This document shows, piece by piece, positions 33,316 to 37,141 of a stretch of 37,141 bases of DNA. The notes beneath the pieces were generated by a model. The model did not search any database, was not told where the DNA came from, and worked only from the letters and a program-made list of their open reading frames with translations. This DNA is from an uncultured Candidatus Saccharibacteria bacterium. Its GTDB lineage: Bacteria; Patescibacteriota; Minisyncoccia; UBA6257; Colwellbacteraceae. The DNA is taken from assembly GCA_964518695.1 (NCBI GenBank), contig CAZFGN010000005.1:1-37141 (forward strand), in the 5' to 3' direction. Each line of letters begins with the position of its first letter. The first letter of the stretch is position 1. Made by a program: the position numbers and the translations under genes.

Positions 33316-33810
33316 TTATATTGCTTTTCTATTAAATAATTTTTGGAAGAATCCCGGCCTAGCTTCTTTATTAGCTACTTTTTCTTTCTGAAATTTTTGT
33401 TTATCAATGTCTCTTTCCTTTTTCACGCGTTTTGTCTTCTTCGGTGATTCGTGAATAGTGTATTTAGGTTTTATCCCTTCTTTTTCATCTAAAATAACAG
33501 TCAGGTGACTCATTTTTTTATGGATCGGTGTAGCTCTCCCCATAGCTCTTGGCAAAAACCTTTTGAGCATAGGGCCTTCATCGACCGTAATAGATTCAAT
33601 AATCAGTTTCTCTACGTTCATGTTTTTACTGCGAGCATTGGCTACGGCTGATTTTACAAGCTTAGCGACCTCCGGAGCAGATCTCCAAGGCATCATCTGA
33701 AGTTGAGTAAGACCAACATTCACAGATTGCCCTTTAATAAGGTTCGAAACTAGCCTCACTTTACGTGGAGCAATCTTTAAATTATTTAATTTGGCTATTG
33801 CTTTATTCAT
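33316..33810 (-). CDS. rplV: Ribosomal protein uL22 with a Lys-rich C-terminal extension
   Basis: KIAPRKVRLVSNLIKGQSV and PRAMGRATPIHKKMSHLTVIL. About 55 extra basic residues follow at the C-terminus. Confidence 0.95.
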   Translation of the reverse strand: MNKAIAKLNNLKIAPRKVRLVSNLIKGQSVNVGLTQLQMMPWRSAPEVAKLVKSAVANARSKNMNVEKLIIESITVDEGPMLKRFLPRAMGRATPIHKKMSHLTVILDEKEGIKPKYTIHESPKKTKRVKKERDIDKQKFQKEKVANKEARPGFFQKLFNRKAI

Positions 33811-33812
33811 AA

Positions 33813-34172
33813 TTATTTACCACCCTTCTTAGAAGGTTCTTTAGTTGATTCTGCTGTTGAGGAGGCTTTAGCTGAAGCCTCAAGTTCCTTTTGGATCTTA
33901 CCGCCATGTCTCACAAATTTCCTAGTCAGCGAGAATTCGCCTAGTTTGTGGCCAACCATATCTTCAGCAATAAAAACCGGAATGAAATCTTTACCATTGT
34001 GGACACCGAAAGTGAATCCAACCATTTCCGGCGAAATTGTGCAATCTCTTGACCAAGTTTTGATTATGGTTTTACTTGCCTCCCCGGTAGTTGCACCTCC
34101 TGTCTGAAGACGATCTATTTTCTTCAATAGTTTCTCGTCAACATACGGACCTTTTTTAGAGCTTCTAGACAT
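33813..34172 (-). CDS. rpsS: Ribosomal protein uS19 with a C-terminal extension
   Basis: [31 protein letters not shown] and [23 protein letters not shown]. Confidence 0.96.
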   Translation of the reverse strand: MSRSSKKGPYVDEKLLKKIDRLQTGGATTGEASKTIIKTWSRDCTISPEMVGFTFGVHNGKDFIPVFIAEDMVGHKLGEFSLTRKFVRHGGKIQKELEASAKASSTAESTKEPSKKGGK

Positions 34173-34173
34173 A

Positions 34174-35004
34174 TTATTTTTTCTTAGATCTTCTTGAAAC
34201 CACTAATTTATTTGACCACTTCTTTTTATTTCTGGTTTTGTGACCACCGGTTATTTTACCCCATTTGGTTTTAGGACGTTTGGTACCACGAGGTTGTTTT
34301 CCTTCACCGCCACCGTAAGGGTGATCCACAGGATTCATGGCCGTACCTCTCACAGTCGGCCTTATGCCCATAAGACGCGATCTGCCAGCTTTACCTATAT
34401 TAACTAAATTATGATCAGGGTTGGATACTTGACCGAAAGAAGCGAGGTTATTTGATAAAATTCTCCTTACCTCACCTGACGGCATTTTAACGTGCGTGTA
34501 ACCATCTTTATGAGCTAAAACATGCGCTTCACTCCCAGCACTTCTCACTATTGCCCCTCCTTTACCTGGAGTTAACTCTACGTTGTAAACTCCGAAACCA
34601 ACGGGGACATTCAAAAGTGGCATCCTATTACCTATAGATAGAGATGCCGTAAGCGCGGTAATTACCTCATCTCCAACTTTTATATCTTTAGGAGCCAGAT
34701 GGTAACGCCTATCCCCATCTCTGTAAATAACTTTCATTATAAACGCGCTTCTATATGGATCGTACTCTAAAGTTTCCACTTTGGCTGGCACACCCATTTT
34801 ATTTTGTTTAAAATCGATGAGGCGATAGAGATGCTTCACGCCACCTCCTTGATGTCTTGTAGTAATTCTCCCTTGATTATTGCGACCAGAGTTACTCTTC
34901 AAACGCCTAAGCGCTGACTTCGATGGAGCAACATCACTTAAAAGGCCGTAATTAACTACAGTCATATGTCTTCTTGAAGGTGTGGTGGGTTTGTAATGTT
35001 TCAT
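34174..35004 (-). CDS. rplB: Ribosomal protein uL2
   Basis: [14 protein letters not shown]... and [18 protein letters not shown] take the ATG at 35004 as the start, which is 1 nt after the rplW stop. Confidence 0.97.
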   Translation of the reverse strand: MKHYKPTTPSRRHMTVVNYGLLSDVAPSKSALRRLKSNSGRNNQGRITTRHQGGGVKHLYRLIDFKQNKMGVPAKVETLEYDPYRSAFIMKVIYRDGDRRYHLAPKDIKVGDEVITALTASLSIGNRMPLLNVPVGFGVYNVELTPGKGGAIVRSAGSEAHVLAHKDGYTHVKMPSGEVRRILSNNLASFGQVSNPDHNLVNIGKAGRSRLMGIRPTVRGTAMNPVDHPYGGGEGKQPRGTKRPKTKWGKITGGHKTRNKKKWSNKLVVSRRSKKK

Positions 35005-35005
35005 G

Positions 35006-35260
35006 CTAGTGAGGAACAATATCAATCTTTTCGCCTTCTTTCAAGGTAACAATGGCTTTCCTGATTTTTTTATCCTTTTTTACATTATTCAAAACATTCA
35101 TTTTCACAACATGAACTTTATAAATGGATTCTATGGCTTTTTTAACTTCTTGTTTGGTAGTATGCGGCAGGACCGAAAACACGTATTTATTAAATGCCGT
35201 AAGAACCGTTGCCTTCTCACTTATTAACGGTTTTTTGACTAACAGGCTATTTGACTTCAT
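35006..35260 (-). CDS. rplW: Ribosomal protein uL23
   Basis: LVKKPLISEKAT...VFSVLPHTTKQEVKKAIESIYKVHVVKMNV. I prefer the ATG at 35260 to the TTG at 35275 used in the track. Confidence 0.92.
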   Translation of the reverse strand: MKSNSLLVKKPLISEKATVLTAFNKYVFSVLPHTTKQEVKKAIESIYKVHVVKMNVLNNVKKDKKIRKAIVTLKEGEKIDIVPH

Positions 35261-35894
35261 GGTAATGTTTATCAATTATCTCTAACGCCTCTTTGTCTAT
35301 TAATATATTTTTATATTTTAAGAGGTCGTGTACATTCAAAGATTTTGCGCTTAAAGCGCGAACTTTTGCTAAATTTTTGCTAGTTTTGTATATATTCTTA
35401 TTCTCTATGGATGGAATCAAAAGGGTGCTAGGAAGCGACTTGTTCTCATTACCGACAAAAAAATTCAATAGTTGTGACAGAAGCCTGGTCTTTGCTTCCT
35501 TCACCTCTAAAGATTCGATCGCTTTGATCTCGCCATCCCTGAAACGTCGCGAGAGAACAGAAAAAATAGCAAGCTGCTTCATCTTTCTATTGATTTTTAA
35601 TGCATAATCTCTTTCTTTGGTTGGTCCATGGGTAACTCCTCCACCCTTCCAAAGAGGCGACCTAATCGAACCATGTCTTGCGCGACCAGTTCCTTTCTGC
35701 CGCCAGGGCTTCTTACCACCACCTCGGACCTCGCTATGGCCTTTAGCGTGGGCCGCTTTAGTGCGTTTATTGTTTAACTGCACTCTTAGAGCTTGATGAA
35801 CAAGGTCCGGATTCCATTTAACGCCAAATACGCGATCCGGCAGGTCGACCGTACCGATACGCTCGTTCTTTATGTTGTAAAGGTCTGTTTTCAT
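35247..35894 (-). CDS. rplD: Ribosomal protein uL4
   Basis: RGGGKKPWRQKGTGRARHGSIRSPLWKGGGVTHGP. Confidence 0.97.
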   Translation of the reverse strand: MKTDLYNIKNERIGTVDLPDRVFGVKWNPDLVHQALRVQLNNKRTKAAHAKGHSEVRGGGKKPWRQKGTGRARHGSIRSPLWKGGGVTHGPTKERDYALKINRKMKQLAIFSVLSRRFRDGEIKAIESLEVKEAKTRLLSQLLNFFVGNENKSLPSTLLIPSIENKNIYKTSKNLAKVRALSAKSLNVHDLLKYKNILIDKEALEIIDKHYHEVK

Positions 35895-36307
35895 AATTTA
35901 TAGAGTTCGACTTTGGAATTTTTTCTTCCGGGTATAGCCCCTTTCAAAAAAACAAGTCCCTTTCCTTTGTCTATTTCGACAACTGTAAGGTTTTTAAAAG
36001 TAACTCTTTGGCTACCCATACGTCCAGCCATACGCCTACCCGGAACAACCCTTTGTAAAGCAGTACTACCTATGGAACCGGGAGCTCGAAGGCGATTTTT
36101 CTGGCCATGCGTTTTAGGGCCGCCACTAAATCCATGACGTTTAACAACTCCTTGAAACCCACGCCCTTTGGAAGTACCACTAACCTTGATAAGGTCGCCG
36201 ATTTCAAGAATAGGATCTTGCTCCGTCTGAATCAAAGTTACCGGGATTACTTTATCATCCTTCCATAACTGACTCATCTTTAATTTTTTGCCAATTAAAT
36301 ATTCCAT
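35891..36307 (-). CDS. rplC: Ribosomal protein uL3, compact form (138 aa)
   Basis: GKKLKMSQLW...IPVT at the N-terminus, then directly GTSKGRGFQGVVKRHGFSGGPKTHGQ...PGSIG...MAGRMG...VKGAIPG. About 65 residues present in E. coli and Thermus uL3, between the first strand and the GTSKGRGF block, are missing. Confidence 0.9.
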   Translation of the reverse strand: MEYLIGKKLKMSQLWKDDKVIPVTLIQTEQDPILEIGDLIKVSGTSKGRGFQGVVKRHGFSGGPKTHGQKNRLRAPGSIGSTALQRVVPGRRMAGRMGSQRVTFKNLTVVEIDKGKGLVFLKGAIPGRKNSKVELYKL

Positions 36308-36321
36308 TTACAGATTTAACC

Positions 36322-36349
36322 AAATAACCGGGTATAGCCCCGGTTATTT
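36322..36349 (-). promoter_or_regulatory. Terminator/attenuator-like hairpin 14 nt upstream of the rplC start (11-bp stem AAATAACCGGG/CCCGGTTATTT, 6-nt loop)
   Basis: Read directly from the sequence. On the transcript the 3' arm ends in UUAUUU and is followed by GGUUAAAUCUGUAA-AUG. Confidence 0.55.
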
Positions 36350-36412
36350 TGGTATGTTATTCGGCCATTCCCTATTGAATACAAGTTTATACCATCTTTA
36401 TCTCAATGTCCA

Positions 36413-36464
36413 CTCCTTCGCCAAGGCTACGGAGTGCAAGCACCCCCTAGGCCATGGCAAGGAG
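36413..36464 (-). promoter_or_regulatory. GC-rich imperfect long hairpin (about 20 bp) starting 2 nt after the rpsJ stop
   Basis: On the minus strand, CTCCTTGCCATGGCCTAGGG-GGTGCTTGCACT-CCGTAGCCTTGGCGAAGGAG. It is markedly more GC-rich than its surroundings, as expected for structured RNA in an AT-rich genome. Confidence 0.5.
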
Positions 36465-36466
36465 AA

Positions 36467-36793
36467 CTACACCATTTTTATTTCAATATCTACTCCAGCG
36501 GGCAGATTCAGGTCTTGCAATGACTCAATGAGTTTGGGAACAGGTTTCACAATGTCGATAAGTCTTTTATGAATCCTCATCTCAAATTGTTCACGTGATT
36601 TCTTATGAACAAAAGTAGATCTATTAACCGTATACTTCTTAAACTCGGTAGGCAGAGGTGTGGGACCAACAACGTCAGCATCGTGTCGTCTCAAGGTCTC
36701 AATTATTTGCTTGCAGGAATTATCAACCAAACGGCTGTCATAAGACCTTATTCGTAGTCGGAGTTTTTCTGAAGAAACTACCTCTTTGGCCAC
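36467..36793 (-). CDS. rpsJ: Ribosomal protein uS10
   Basis: LRLRIRSYDSRLVDNSCKQIIET...GPTPLPTE...FEMRIHKRLIDI. The start lies 6 nt after the tuf stop. Confidence 0.96.
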   Translation of the reverse strand: MAKEVVSSEKLRLRIRSYDSRLVDNSCKQIIETLRRHDADVVGPTPLPTEFKKYTVNRSTFVHKKSREQFEMRIHKRLIDIVKPVPKLIESLQDLNLPAGVDIEIKMV

Positions 36794-36799
36794 GTTTAT

Positions 36800-37141
36800 T
36801 TATTTAATGATCTTGGTTACCACACCGGCACCCACAGTCTTGCCTCCTTCTCTTATGGCAAATCTTTGCTTATCCTCGAGAGCAACAGGAACAATCAGTT
36901 TCACGGTAACTTTCAAAGTGTCACCTGGCATAACCATTTCCATACCTTCTGGCAAAGTTACTTCACCGGTAACGTCAGTCGTACGAATGTAAAATTGCGG
37001 TTTGTAACCGGCGAATATTGGCGTGTGGCGTCCACCTTCTTCTTTACTTAAAATATAAACTTCTGCCTCAAATTCAGTATGAGGAGTAAGTGATCCCGGT
37101 TTTGAGAGTACCTGTCCGCGCTCTACATCGTCTTTTTTGAG
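36800..37141 (-). CDS. tuf: Elongation factor Tu, C-terminal 113 aa (the ORF enters from the right window edge)
   Basis: Absent from the ORF track because there is no start in the window. Manual translation gives ...[50 protein letters not shown]...[21 protein letters not shown], which is EF-Tu domain 3. The stop codon TAA is at 36802..36800. Confidence 0.95.
   Translation of the reverse strand, partial: LKKDDVERGQVLSKPGSLTPHTEFEAEVYILSKEEGGRHTPIFAGYKPQFYIRTTDVTGEVTLPEGMEMVMPGDTLKVTVKLIVPVALEDKQRFAIREGGKTVGAGVVTKIIK

Noticed and set aside
1-37141. Systematic look for CRISPR arrays, transposases, integrases, reverse transcriptases/DGRs, restriction-modification or toxin-antitoxin operons
   Set aside because: No regularly spaced direct repeats were found, and no ORF has the corresponding catalytic motifs. 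The only repeats seen are the short palindromes and tandem motifs reported as findings.

Overview
AT-rich, tightly packed bacterial core-genome segment. About 90% is coding and most genes lie on the minus strand, often with overlapping stop and start codons. From right to left the minus strand carries: the 3' end of tuf, then the S10-spc ribosomal-protein cluster (rpsJ to rplO), then secY-adk-map. Next come murA, an mreB paralog, holB, frr, rseP and mreBCD-mrdA, followed by galT-like, dedA, tpiA, SIMPL, gtrA, pgk and an RNase H gene. A second long minus-strand operon follows: a DUF4015-like hydrolase, an L,D-transpeptidase/DD-carboxypeptidase fusion, scpA, scpB, a DD-carboxypeptidase and mraY. 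The window ends on the left with a truncated type IV pilin gene. Plus-strand genes are few: dnaX, tRNA-Gln(UUG), a histidine phosphatase, a Cas4-like PD-(D/E)XK nuclease and a PEGA-domain membrane protein. An RNase P RNA gene (rnpB, minus strand) lies at about 9275-9688, where the ORF track shows only spurious ORFs. Several features fit a reduced Patescibacteria/CPR-like genome, though this is inference only: no rpmD between rpsE and rplO, shortened uL15, uL3 and uL5, and few Shine-Dalgarno sequences. I found no CRISPR array, transposase, integrase, reverse transcriptase or recognisable defence operon, and I cannot point to a convincing multi-gene novel system. The items most worth a second look are: (1) an in-frame palindromic 66-nt insert in the leader of a compositionally atypical pilin gene; (2) a family of TATACTAYAT-containing palindromes and tandem repeats in intergenic regions, plus -10-like boxes 6-10 nt upstream of start codons, which suggests leaderless mRNAs; (3) an ORF that starts 3 nt after tRNA-Gln; (4) a structured 159-nt spacer between rpsJ and rplC; (5) unusual ribosomal-protein architectures; (6) the small variable region at 7.2-10.3 kb.
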